From an uncultured virus (IMG/VR IMGVR_UViG_3300024289_000017) (taxonomy: Duplodnaviria > Heunggongvirae > Uroviricota > Caudoviricetes): DNA of 64,000 nucleotides. Positions 26,881 through 35,961 of this stretch are shown here, one piece after another. Under the pieces are notes generated by a model. It ran no database searches. It saw only the letters and a list, made by a program, of their open reading frames with translations, and was not told where the DNA came from. The position numbers and the translations under genes were made by a program. Where the stretch lies: IMG/VR virus record IMGVR_UViG_3300024289_000017; one strand, written 5' to 3'. Numbering within the stretch: the first letter of the stretch is position 1; every line of letters starts with the position of its first letter.

Positions 26881-27315
26881 TCATTGTAAGTGAGACCTTA
26901 ACATCCAAATAAACTTACCGTGAGACTCCATCAAATCTTGAACTAGATTAGCAGTTGCATATTGCTTTTGTGCTTCGGATTCCTCTGAAATCTCTTGCAT
27001 CATTTCACAAAACTTTTCATTATTTTCAAGAAGTTCTTGAAGCATTTCTCTTGCTCCAGATGAACTTGCTGCTTCTTTGATTTGAGTTACCTCAAGCATT
27101 CTCGAAAGAGAACTGAGAGGTTTTACATTCAAATAACGCATATGTTCTGAGAGACGATCGATCTCTTCAAACATAGTCTCATACTGACCACCAAAAAGTT
27201 GATGGAGTTGAGTAAAGTCTTCACCTACAACATTCCAGTGAAATGCCCAAGTTTTATGGAATAAAACAAAAAGCGATGACTGTGCATCACTCAAGAGTTT
27301 ATAAAGTTTTTCCAT
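26881..27315 (-). CDS. dps: Dps / ferritin-like DNA protection protein
   Basis: FHWNVVGEDFTQLHQLFGGQY...IDRLSEHMR; HGKFIWML. Confidence 0.92.
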   Translation of the reverse strand: MEKLYKLLSDAQSSLFVLFHKTWAFHWNVVGEDFTQLHQLFGGQYETMFEEIDRLSEHMRYLNVKPLSSLSRMLEVTQIKEAASSSGAREMLQELLENNEKFCEMMQEISEESEAQKQYATANLVQDLMESHGKFIWMLRSHLQ

Positions 27316-27345
27316 TATACTCTTTTTTTATTTTTATTTATCAAG

Positions 27346-27418
27346 TGGGAGCAGAGGGATTCGAACCCCCGACATTCTGCGTGTAAAGCAGACGCTGCTA
27401 CCGCTGAGCTATGCTCCC
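27346..27418 (-). tRNA. tRNA-Val(TAC)
   Basis: Anticodon arm TCTGC-TT TAC AC-GCAGA, GGTTCGAATCC. Confidence 0.9.
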
Positions 27419-27829
27419 GTATTTAGGATGCCCACCGTTTTTATATCTTCCACCTCTACTCTTATTTGGAGGTTGAGTTTTAAGAGAGTGGCAATTTGGA
27501 CAGAGAACCTGCAAATTGCTTGGCGAATGATTAAATGGGTCATCGTCAATATGGTCGATTTCTAATGGAACTTTACCAGTATGGATATTAGTTCCAGACC
27601 AACCACATTTAGAGCACTTGTGTAGTGCTTCCTCCAAAAGATAGTTTCTTACATATTGCGATAAATTGTAAGAAGAACCACCTGAAACTAAACCTTGTTT
27701 CCATTCAGTAATATACTGATTTCTTGTGTGTTCTTGTTGACATTTGTTGTTACAATACTTACCTCTTTTATGATAAGGATTGTAAGTAAATATCGTAGAA
27801 CAATTTAAACAAGTAGCGGTTTGTTTCAT
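27398..27829 (-). CDS. HNH endonuclease with N-terminal Zn finger
   Basis: CLNC...YCNNKC; KCSKCGW...LEIDHIDDDPFNHSPSNLQVLCPNCH. Confidence 0.9.
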   Translation of the reverse strand: MKQTATCLNCSTIFTYNPYHKRGKYCNNKCQQEHTRNQYITEWKQGLVSGGSSYNLSQYVRNYLLEEALHKCSKCGWSGTNIHTGKVPLEIDHIDDDPFNHSPSNLQVLCPNCHSLKTQPPNKSRGGRYKNGGHPKYGSIAQR

Positions 27830-27872
27830 CAGTTTAGTAGAACACTTTATTATTTATAAGGTATTCTACTAA

Positions 27873-27944
27873 CTCCCCCGACAAGATTCGAACTTGTGAC
27901 CTGGAAATTAACAGTTTCTCGCGCTACCGCTGCGCCACAGGGGA
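27873..27944 (-). tRNA. tRNA-Asn(GTT)
   Basis: TCCCCTGTGGCGCAGCGGTAGCGC, loop CT GTT AA, AGTTCGAATCT. Confidence 0.9.
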
Positions 27945-28000
27945 ATAAGTGTAGGTGAACCAACCTACAGTTTAGAGATTGCTCTCAAGGTCTTTTATGT

Positions 28001-28073
28001 GCCTCTGGCTGGGAATCGAACCCAGTATCCAACTCCTTTGTCAGGGTGTCCTTACCAATAGACTACGCAGAGG
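28001..28073 (-). ncRNA. tRNA-like element with aberrant anticodon arm
   Basis: Acceptor CCTCTG/CAGAGG, D arm GTCTATTGGTAAGGAC, T arm CTGGG-TTCGATT-CCCAG, but only CCT-GACAA-AGG at the anticodon position. Confidence 0.55.
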
Positions 28074-28186
28074 AAATGGGAAGTATTAGAGGACTTCCCA
28101 GCAAGGGTGATCAATCCCTTGACCTATGAGAGTCCCATAGGATTTAGTTGGCGTCTTTCTATGCTATCTGCATAACGACTACCAAG

Positions 28187-28258
28187 AGCGAAAGACGAGA
28201 TTCGAACTCGCAACAACCTGCTTGGAAGGCAGGGACTCTACCGTTGAGTTACTTTCGC
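28187..28258 (-). tRNA. tRNA-Gly(TCC)
   Basis: CCTGC-CT TCC AA-GCAGG; AGTTCGAATCT. Confidence 0.92.
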
Positions 28259-28297
28259 AATGAGACAATCATAAACTATTTAAGTTAGATTGTCAAG

Positions 28298-28379
28298 TGT
28301 CGATGAAAGGACTTGAACCTTCATGGATTGCTCCACTGGAACCTAAACCCAGCGCGTATACCAATTCCGCCACATCGAC
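28298..28379 (-). tRNA. tRNA-Leu(TAG)
   Basis: GGCGGAATTGGTATACGC; CTGGG-TT TAG GT-TCCAG; variable arm. Confidence 0.92.
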
Positions 28380-28476
28380 TAGATGGAGTAAGCGTAATAT
28401 ACCTCAAGGATATAACAGAGGCTTACCCTCTATCTTGCTACGGCATTCTGGTTTATCTTTCCAGCGCAAGTAGCAA

Positions 28477-28550
28477 CGACTCAGGAGGGACTTGAACCCC
28501 CGACCAACTGCTTAGAAGGCAGATGCTCTATCCAACTGAGCTACTGAGTC
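28477..28550 (-). tRNA. tRNA-Arg(TCT)
   Basis: AGCTCAGTTGGATAGAGC; loop CT TCT AA; GGTTCAAGTCC. Confidence 0.93.
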
Positions 28551-28572
28551 ATTTGTTTACCTGTATATTGTA

Positions 28573-28971
28573 TCACTCCTTAGGGCAGGTGTCAACCCAT
28601 GGAGCACATAACCTCATTTCACCTCCTAATAATTTTTGAGCTTCAGAGTTATCTGGAGCTTTCTCGATCAACCGTGGCAAAGGTACTCTAGGTGGATCTG
28701 AGTCTCTTGTCAAGCGTTCATAGTCACGAATCGCTTTATCCACATCACGCTCAACCCTTCTATCCACTACACCAGGATCCTGAAGCAGTACATCGTTGAT
28801 TATGGTGCCTGGGAACAGAGTCCTCTGAACCTCGTCTAGAAGGTCCCAGAGACGCTCCTGAGGCGCTCCAGTGCATTGGGAGAGGGTTGCTACGATAGCA
28901 CTGAGTATGACGCTTATAAGGAGTATCTGCTTCTTATCTGGTTTCTTTTTTCCGAAGTTAAAATTGAACAT
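28573..28971 (-). CDS. Membrane-anchored hypothetical protein
   Basis: N-terminal TM (ILLISVILSAIVATLSQC). Confidence 0.65.
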   Translation of the reverse strand: MFNFNFGKKKPDKKQILLISVILSAIVATLSQCTGAPQERLWDLLDEVQRTLFPGTIINDVLLQDPGVVDRRVERDVDKAIRDYERLTRDSDPPRVPLPRLIEKAPDNSEAQKLLGGEMRLCAPWVDTCPKE

Positions 28972-29040
28972 AAAAAAAGAGGAGTAGCAACCACTCTCCT
29001 CTATTTATTATTCAGTTGTCATATTCTATATTTTATTGTA

Positions 29041-29694
29041 TCAAACTTCTACCGTGATCAGTTTGGAAGCATACTCATGAGCATACGAAGTGCGGGCACC
29101 ATGATGCCCCCAACCAATCCAACTATACGCATAGTCCATGTAACGATTGATAGACTTGCCAGGAGTTTTCATCCTGTCTTCAATTCGTTGCCATTGAACC
29201 TCAGTCATTAGATAACGAAGTTGCGTGTGAAGTGATGATGGAGAACCACCATACCTCTTAGCAAAATCACCCAATCCATAATATCTGTCGGCAGATGTCC
29301 ATTGAATCAGTCCATAACCGCGACCGCAGTTATGCCAACTGGTTCTGCTACCACCTTCGCAAATGTTAGGAATAAAAGTTGATTCCTGACGGATATTGCC
29401 CATAATGGTAGCAAGGGCGTTTCTGTCTTTAATACCACGATCCTGGAAAAAATCCAAGGTAGCATTCTCATATTCATTACACCCTTTACAAATTAGCCTT
29501 TTCTCTTTTGGCTTTATTGGTGCAACCTCGCGGATTGCTGTCGTCTCTGGTTCAAACTCTTTAATAATTGAGTAAGGTTTTTCTTCCACTGGGGGAGGCG
29601 GACCTTGCAGTTTATAACTAGAGAAAGGCAGTGATGCCGTATTGGTTGTAACCATTGCCATAAGGGGAACGGCTACAGTAAAGAAGTTAAGCAT
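29041..29694 (-). CDS. Phage tail-type lysozyme domain protein with N-terminal signal
   Basis: ALATIMGNIRQES...GYGLIQWT...QLRY. Confidence 0.8.
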   Translation of the reverse strand: MLNFFTVAVPLMAMVTTNTASLPFSSYKLQGPPPPVEEKPYSIIKEFEPETTAIREVAPIKPKEKRLICKGCNEYENATLDFFQDRGIKDRNALATIMGNIRQESTFIPNICEGGSRTSWHNCGRGYGLIQWTSADRYYGLGDFAKRYGGSPSSLHTQLRYLMTEVQWQRIEDRMKTPGKSINRYMDYAYSWIGWGHHGARTSYAHEYASKLITVEV

Positions 29695-29861
29695 TAAAAT
29701 TAATTGAACTCTACATCCGTATAGAAAGGGGGTACACCCTTTTCTCAAAGGGCACTTTCCACGGCTCTAAATGTCACTCAAAGTCTCATTATAAGAAAAC
29801 CCACCTTATGGTGGGTTATTAACATTATAAGTTTTTATTTAGATTTTGTCAATTGGTTGGA

Positions 29862-30083
29862 TTACCGAACATCAACTTCTTGCTCATCTGTCCAATCATC
29901 ATCCTCCAAACAAAGATAATTCAGTTCTTGCATTCCTTCTGGGATATTAATCCACTCATCAAATTCGGAAGCAATTGCAAGAGCATTAAGTTGATCCTCC
30001 ATTCCACCATGATCTGCAAGGTGACGAATCCGATCAATAGACCAATTCCTCACATAAGGAACTGGTTCAATCTGAGTTTCCAT
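29862..30083 (-). CDS. Acidic hypothetical protein
   Basis: METQIEPVP... 73 aa; start reassigned to avoid long overlap. Confidence 0.6.
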   Translation of the reverse strand: METQIEPVPYVRNWSIDRIRHLADHGGMEDQLNALAIASEFDEWINIPEGMQELNYLCLEDDDWTDEQEVDVR

Positions 30084-30510
30084 AATAATCTTTTCGGAAG
30101 TACCTGTTGAGGATGTTGCTATTGTAGTAGGCGGGTGTTCCGTTGTCAAGTGATTCTGTGAGAACTCCGTTGACGAATAACTGTCTCGTTTCTTCGAAGT
30201 TTGTTTTGCCCTTTGTTTTATGTAATGATAAGATAGTTCGACTAAAATTTTCTCTGCCCAATTTGTCAATGTCTTCTTTAAGTTCCGGACAAGACCCATA
30301 GTATTCTTTCCAATTAGATTCTGATTTTACTTTTCGTTTTTTACCTTTTGGTGTTCTAAATTGCCAAAGGTATTTTCTACCAATATATCTCTTACCGTTT
30401 AGTTTATTTTCAATCAAATAAACAAATCCATAATGGTCTCCGATATCTTCACTTGTGAAAGGATTCCCATTATAGATCCAAGGATTATCATAGTCAATAT
30501 CTATACTCAT
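30067..30510 (-). CDS. GIY-YIG endonuclease (Seg-like)
   Basis: YGFVYLIENKLNGKRYIGRK...YYGS...FEE...YYNSNI. Confidence 0.85.
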   Translation of the reverse strand: MSIDIDYDNPWIYNGNPFTSEDIGDHYGFVYLIENKLNGKRYIGRKYLWQFRTPKGKKRKVKSESNWKEYYGSCPELKEDIDKLGRENFSRTILSLHKTKGKTNFEETRQLFVNGVLTESLDNGTPAYYNSNILNRYFRKDYYGNSD

Positions 30511-30655
30511 CAATAATATCTAAAACCTCATTCAGATATTTATGAGCAAGTCCTTTCATATCCATTTCTGGTCGAATATGATCTTTGTGTAATTTATCTT
30601 TTAATTTTAAAACACGAACTTTAAGTTCGTCTTTGTTTATTTGATTTTTTGGCAT
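30494..30655 (-). CDS. Hypothetical protein (53 aa)
   Basis: MPKNQINKDELKVRVLKLK...AHKYLNEVLDIIDEYRY; manual translation. Confidence 0.6.
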   Translation of the reverse strand: MPKNQINKDELKVRVLKLKDKLHKDHIRPEMDMKGLAHKYLNEVLDIIDEYRY

Positions 30656-30794
30656 AAAAAAGAGGAGTGTGACCTCCCCTATCTATCAGATATCATTTAA
30701 CCATTCTTTACAAAAGTCATAATCTCCAAACATAAACTCATCACATTCTGCCGCTTCTTTGTATGCGTTCAGAATTTCCTGTTCACACCATTCA

Positions 30795-31982
30795 TCATAG
30801 TTTGAATCCTGAGAAAGTATTTTTGGTAACATCTTGTTTGATTCCACCAACTACATATGATTCTACTTCCGTTTCCTGGGGAGCAACCTGGAGACCTTTA
30901 GAAGAAATCCAGTGCTGTGTCCAAGGAAGTGGGTTGTTGTTTGCTGAAATATCGTATTGGGGTTTTAATCCAATTGCTTTAAGTCTTCTATTTGCAATCC
31001 ACTCTACATATTGCTGAAGAAGTTTATCATTGAGTCCAATCATACTGCCATCTTTGAACAGATAGTCTGCCCAACGCTTTTCTTCATTAACAGCACGATC
31101 AAACATCTTATAAGTCCATTCTTCCTCTTCTTTCATAATCTTTTGCATTTCAGGATCATCACCATCTCTCCACTTATTCAGAATGTTTTGAGTAAGTGCT
31201 AGATGTTGATTTTCGTCTCTTGCGATGAGAGAGATAATCTTAGCTGATCCCTCCATAAGCTTAAGTTCACCAAAGGCGAAACTACAAGCAAAACTAACGT
31301 AGAAGCGAATACCCTCAAGAATATTAACATTTGCGACTGCTCTATAGAGTTTTCGTTTAACATCATTGATTGTTTCCTTTGCGTATGAGACTCCTTCAAG
31401 ATTATGCATCCAAGCATTGGATGTACCATAAGTTTGGGCTGATTGAATGAAATCATCATATGATTTTGTAACGGTCTTAGCGCGTTCCAGAATACGCTCA
31501 TCGCCAATAATAGTATCAAAAACTTCAGATGGGTCTGAATAAATGTTTTTAATAATATAAGTGTATGAACGACTATGAATCATTTCCATAAATCCCCATA
31601 CTTCCATACATGCTTCCAATTCAGGTAGTGAGCAGTAAGGAATGAATGCCATACCAGGACCACGACCCTGAACAGAGTCAAGCATAATCTGATACTTCAG
31701 ATTAGAAGTATAGATATGCTTTTGTTCGGGACGAAGTGTTTGATAATCTCCACGATCTTTTTGGAGAGATACCTCTTCGGGTCTCCAGAAGTATCCAAGT
31801 TGCTGAGTAGTTAATTTGTCAAAGATGGGATACTTGTATGAGTCATATCTCTGAATCCCAAGAGGTTTACCAAAAAACATTGGTTGCTTCTTGGTATCTA
31901 CTTTTTCAGTATTAAAAACGGTCATTCCTTTAATTTCGGTGGTTTCTTCGGTTGAAGAAATTTTAAACTGCACAGGATTCAC
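30795..31982 (-). CDS. nrdB: Ribonucleotide reductase class Ia beta subunit
   Basis: FWRPEE, EMIHSRSY, LEGIRFY, RDENQH, VAPQETE. Confidence 0.97.
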   Translation of the reverse strand: MNPVQFKISSTEETTEIKGMTVFNTEKVDTKKQPMFFGKPLGIQRYDSYKYPIFDKLTTQQLGYFWRPEEVSLQKDRGDYQTLRPEQKHIYTSNLKYQIMLDSVQGRGPGMAFIPYCSLPELEACMEVWGFMEMIHSRSYTYIIKNIYSDPSEVFDTIIGDERILERAKTVTKSYDDFIQSAQTYGTSNAWMHNLEGVSYAKETINDVKRKLYRAVANVNILEGIRFYVSFACSFAFGELKLMEGSAKIISLIARDENQHLALTQNILNKWRDGDDPEMQKIMKEEEEWTYKMFDRAVNEEKRWADYLFKDGSMIGLNDKLLQQYVEWIANRRLKAIGLKPQYDISANNNPLPWTQHWISSKGLQVAPQETEVESYVVGGIKQDVTKNTFSGFKL

Positions 31983-34260
31983 ACTCTCCCTCCTCTACTG
32001 TACTTAACTCACTTAGCAAATCTTGAAGATTGGGTTTTTCTTCTACTACTTCATCAGTCTTAATATCATAAGTATTTTGATAGTAAGAAGTTTTCCACCC
32101 GTACTTGTATGTAGTCAAAAAGTCATTTGCCATTACAGAAACTGGAACTTCATTGTCATCATAGTTCTCTGGATTGTAACTCCAGTTTCCAGAAATTGCC
32201 TGATCAAAGAATTTTTGCATCACAGCAACAACATTAATATAACCACGATTGGACTCCATATCCCAAAGAAGCGTATAGTTATTCTTAAGAGCATGATATT
32301 GTGGAACAATTTGTTTGAGTGGTCCCTTTTTACTTTTCTTAACGGACAAGAATCCGCGAGGTGGTTCGATTCCATTTGTTGCGTTTGACACAACGGAACT
32401 GCTCTCCGATGGCATTTGTGCGGACAGTGTTGAGTGCCTGAGACCGTGTTCCAAGATAGATGCTCTAAGATTTTCCCAATCATGCTGAAGGTTTATGGAT
32501 GAAATTTCGTCTACATCTTTTTTATAAGTGTCGATTGGAAGAATGCCATCTGCATACTTGGTGCGTCCAAAATATTCACAATAACCCTTTTCTTTAGCAA
32601 GTTGGTTTGATGACTTCAAAAGGTAATACTGGAAAGATTCTGACAAACCATGAACAGCATCCCATGCTTCCTGAGAATCATAATCGAATCCAAGTTTTGC
32701 CAAATAGTGTGCAAGACCAATAAACCCTATACCAAGAGAACGACGCGCCTTGGTGGCGATTTCTGCCGCCTCTACGGGGTACTTTTGATAGTCAATCAAC
32801 TCATCCAAACCACGAACAGAAAGATCACAAAGTTCTTCAAGTTCTTCATCAGACTTTACCTTTCCAACATTGATAGCTGAAAGAATACAAAGAGCAATCT
32901 CACCCATCTTATCATCAATATGATGAATTGGATCAGTAGGAAGAGTAATCTCTTGGCAGAGATTGGACATATTCACCTTATCTTTAAATGAAGAATGAGA
33001 GTTGCAATGATCAATATTCATAATATAGATCCTACCCGTCTCAGCTCTTTCTTTAAGGAGATTGAGAATGAGTTCTTGTGCTTTAACAGTTTTTTTCGGA
33101 ATGGACGAATCCTTTTCATATGCACAGTAGAGCTCATCAAAACCAGCGAGTCCAAAGCAATCATAAAGTCCAGGTACATCATGTGGGGAGAAAAGCGTGA
33201 TCTCACCATCTTGAATGAACCTCTCATAGAAGAGTTTGCTGATTTGAATGCTGTAATCAAGTTTGCGAACACGATTATCCTCCGTACCCTTATTGTTTTT
33301 AAGAACAAGAATATCTTCTATTTCTTGGTGCCAGATTGGGAAGTGGACTGTCGCGGATCCACCTCGTATGCCATTCTGCGTGCAACATCTGACAGTTGCT
33401 TCAAACTTCTTGAGAAATGGTACAACACCCGTGTGTTGAACTTCTCCCCCTCTGATTTTGCTGTTGATGCCACGGATCCTACCAGCGTTGATGCCGATTC
33501 CCGCCCTCTGTGCAACATATCTACCAATAGCCATATCAGAGCTAAAGATAGAATCGAGGGTGTCATCAACATCAACAAGAACACAACTAGCAAATTGTCT
33601 AAGTGGCGTTCGCACTCCTGCCATGATGGGAGTTGGGATGTTGATTTTGTGCTTGGAGATTGCGTCATAATACCTCTTAACATATGACATTCTAGTTTCT
33701 TTTGGGTACTCTGCGAAGATAGTGAGAGCAATCATCATATACATGAATTGCGGAGTTTCATATACTCCACCACCGCTTCTATCTTGCACGAGGTACTTAT
33801 CAACGACTTGACGTAGACCTGCATAAGTGAACAAATAGTCGCGGTCATGATCAATATATGAATCAACTTTATCAATTTCTTCTTTTGAATACTTGTTAAA
33901 AATATCATTATCATATACTTCTCGATTTACACAATTGTAAATATGGTGCTCAAGAGAAGGCAATTCTTTCATCTTTCCATAAAGTTGCTTACGGACTGCA
34001 AAAAGAAGCAGACGAGCAGCAACATATTGATAGTTAGGATGCTCCAAATCGATTAAATCCGATGCAGAACGAATCAAGATTTCTTGAATTTCTGCGGTAG
34101 TAATTCCATCATAAAACTGAATACCCGAAGTCATCTCAACTTGACTCGCAGAGACCCCCGCAAGACCCCTACATGCCTCCTCAACCATCAAATGCATCTT
34201 ATCTAGGTCAAGAGATTCAATTCGACCATCACGCTTTTTAACCTTTGTACCGTTGCTCAT
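31963..34260 (-). CDS. nrdA: Ribonucleotide reductase class Ia alpha subunit
   Basis: ATP cone, QFASC, SNLCQEI, C-terminal CESC. Confidence 0.97.
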   Translation of the reverse strand: MSNGTKVKKRDGRIESLDLDKMHLMVEEACRGLAGVSASQVEMTSGIQFYDGITTAEIQEILIRSASDLIDLEHPNYQYVAARLLLFAVRKQLYGKMKELPSLEHHIYNCVNREVYDNDIFNKYSKEEIDKVDSYIDHDRDYLFTYAGLRQVVDKYLVQDRSGGGVYETPQFMYMMIALTIFAEYPKETRMSYVKRYYDAISKHKINIPTPIMAGVRTPLRQFASCVLVDVDDTLDSIFSSDMAIGRYVAQRAGIGINAGRIRGINSKIRGGEVQHTGVVPFLKKFEATVRCCTQNGIRGGSATVHFPIWHQEIEDILVLKNNKGTEDNRVRKLDYSIQISKLFYERFIQDGEITLFSPHDVPGLYDCFGLAGFDELYCAYEKDSSIPKKTVKAQELILNLLKERAETGRIYIMNIDHCNSHSSFKDKVNMSNLCQEITLPTDPIHHIDDKMGEIALCILSAINVGKVKSDEELEELCDLSVRGLDELIDYQKYPVEAAEIATKARRSLGIGFIGLAHYLAKLGFDYDSQEAWDAVHGLSESFQYYLLKSSNQLAKEKGYCEYFGRTKYADGILPIDTYKKDVDEISSINLQHDWENLRASILEHGLRHSTLSAQMPSESSSVVSNATNGIEPPRGFLSVKKSKKGPLKQIVPQYHALKNNYTLLWDMESNRGYINVVAVMQKFFDQAISGNWSYNPENYDDNEVPVSVMANDFLTTYKYGWKTSYYQNTYDIKTDEVVEEKPNLQDLLSELSTVEEGECESCAV

Positions 34261-35225
34261 ATTTTCTTCCAGGTAGTAAATTTAAGTTTTGCTTCTAATC
34301 CAGAGTAAGTATTTGATTCTATCACATTTTGAACGTTAAGTCCAGATAAAACCATATCATTGATGTCTTTTTCTTTTATTGTTGAAGGCCAGATGACAAC
34401 TTTTTGTCCATCTTCGATAACACGGGAAATTCTTGATAAGATTTCTGAATTACGTGGTTCGTTATCGTATATCCAAACACAATCACAAATACCCCACTTA
34501 GCAACATCACCATCAGCTCCGCAAAGAGCAATCGCGTTGCGAATGAAAGTTGAGTCGAATGGACCTTCGGTGATGTAGACAGTTTCACTTTTTTGGACTT
34601 CATCAAGACCATAGATTTTTGGTGCATCGTCACTGAGCATTATAGTAATGTATTTAATCTTGCTGGAACTTAAAGATCTTCCTTGAAATCCAACAAGAGT
34701 ATTTTGATAGAACAAAGGAATAACAATCCTAGGTTCATCTTTAGAAGTATCATCGAAGACTTCTTTTAGGGAATTAGTCCACGATTTAAACTGATCTGTG
34801 TAATAAAATTTATCCGGGTTTAGTTTTCTATTCTCTAGATACTTTTTTGCATCAGAATTTTCGGATGCTTTTGGTAAGTTTATCTTTGATTTAAACTTTG
34901 GCGCTTCAAATTTAAATACAGGTTCATCGACAACAAAGTTTTTACCCGTATTTCCCGATTTAAATTTTTCGAAAGTATATTGTTTATAGATTACGGAATC
35001 AATTTGCTTTAAAAAATTATTAAAAGAAATATTAATACCACAGTTATGACACTTAAAGTTTGTATTAGTTTTTACTTGGTATAAATATCCTCTTGCTTTG
35101 GTTTTATTTTTTTGAGAATCGCCACAAATAGGACAACGAAAGTTGTAAAGATTATGCTTTACTCTTTTAAATTTTTGAAATCTAGAAGAAATCAAATTGA
35201 TGTATTTAACATCAATAAAATCCAT
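34257..35225 (-). CDS. DNA primase (gp61)
   Basis: CPICGD...CHNC zinc finger, YITEGPFDS toprim, KDINDM. Confidence 0.95.
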   Translation of the reverse strand: MDFIDVKYINLISSRFQKFKRVKHNLYNFRCPICGDSQKNKTKARGYLYQVKTNTNFKCHNCGINISFNNFLKQIDSVIYKQYTFEKFKSGNTGKNFVVDEPVFKFEAPKFKSKINLPKASENSDAKKYLENRKLNPDKFYYTDQFKSWTNSLKEVFDDTSKDEPRIVIPLFYQNTLVGFQGRSLSSSKIKYITIMLSDDAPKIYGLDEVQKSETVYITEGPFDSTFIRNAIALCGADGDVAKWGICDCVWIYDNEPRNSEILSRISRVIEDGQKVVIWPSTIKEKDINDMVLSGLNVQNVIESNTYSGLEAKLKFTTWKKI

Positions 35226-35392
35226 GACAATACACTGTGTGGAGTCTGTTTATTCTACTAGGTTATCGTGTTTTGTCAAGACACAAAACAGTTATAAGAC
35301 CTGTCCACTTTATAACTGAGTTTGTAATCTTTTGAAGAGAATATATGGTTGTTTTATTTTTAGTTTTCATTGGCACCAGTGCCAACACTTGA

Positions 35393-35740
35393 TTATTTAG
35401 TTTTAACTTGTTCGGTTAAAGAATTTATTGAAGAATTTATAAAATCTGTTACAAATGGAACAAACAACAAAGCAAGTGCTACAACACCTGCTGCCATCCA
35501 TTTGAACTTAGAAAGTTCGTCTACTTTTACTTCAAGTTTACCCATTTTTTCATTGATATCCACATCACTTCTTGCACAATTAAAAATTCTTTCATCATGA
35601 ACTGCAAGCATTTTACAAATATTCTGATTTGTTTCACTGAGAGTTTGAATGGCAGCGTCTACACGCTCTACCATTTCCTCATGAATTTTCACTCTTTCTT
35701 CAAGAACCGCAACTTTAATCTTTGAGTCTTGTCCGAACAT
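35393..35740 (-). CDS. Coiled-coil protein with C-terminal TM helix
   Basis: 115-aa ORF. Confidence 0.65.
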   Translation of the reverse strand: MFGQDSKIKVAVLEERVKIHEEMVERVDAAIQTLSETNQNICKMLAVHDERIFNCARSDVDINEKMGKLEVKVDELSKFKWMAAGVVALALLFVPFVTDFINSSINSLTEQVKTK

Positions 35741-35745
35741 TGTCT

Positions 35746-35961
35746 TTAAGTTGATTGTTTTTTAGGATCCCAACGATTTCTGGAATTTTTTCCTAATCCA
35801 ATTATCTTTTTTCTTCTAGTCATTCCCATAACAGGATCAAAACCAGCAGTTGGACCCTTTGCTTGAGCGGATCCAGAAAAACCACCAGATCCTCCTGGAG
35901 CATTTGCGACCATTTGCTCTCTTATTATTTCAATTATCCTGTCCAGTTTCTTCTTTTCCAT
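35746..35961 (-). CDS. Hypothetical protein
   Basis: MEKKKLDRIIEIIREQMVANAPGGSGG...AGFDPVM. Confidence 0.65.
   Translation of the reverse strand: MEKKKLDRIIEIIREQMVANAPGGSGGFSGSAQAKGPTAGFDPVMGMTRRKKIIGLGKNSRNRWDPKKQST

Noticed and set aside
30686..30832. 48-aa Cys/acidic ORF overlapping the nrdB end as CP12
   Set aside because: May be a real small gene, but lacks the CP12 AWD..EEL and C-x8-C pattern
32995..33687. 230-aa plus-strand ORF
   Set aside because: Antisense shadow of nrdA
30795..34260. Introns or inteins in nrdA/nrdB (also checked gp43 and gp41)
   Set aside because: ORFs are continuous and of normal length
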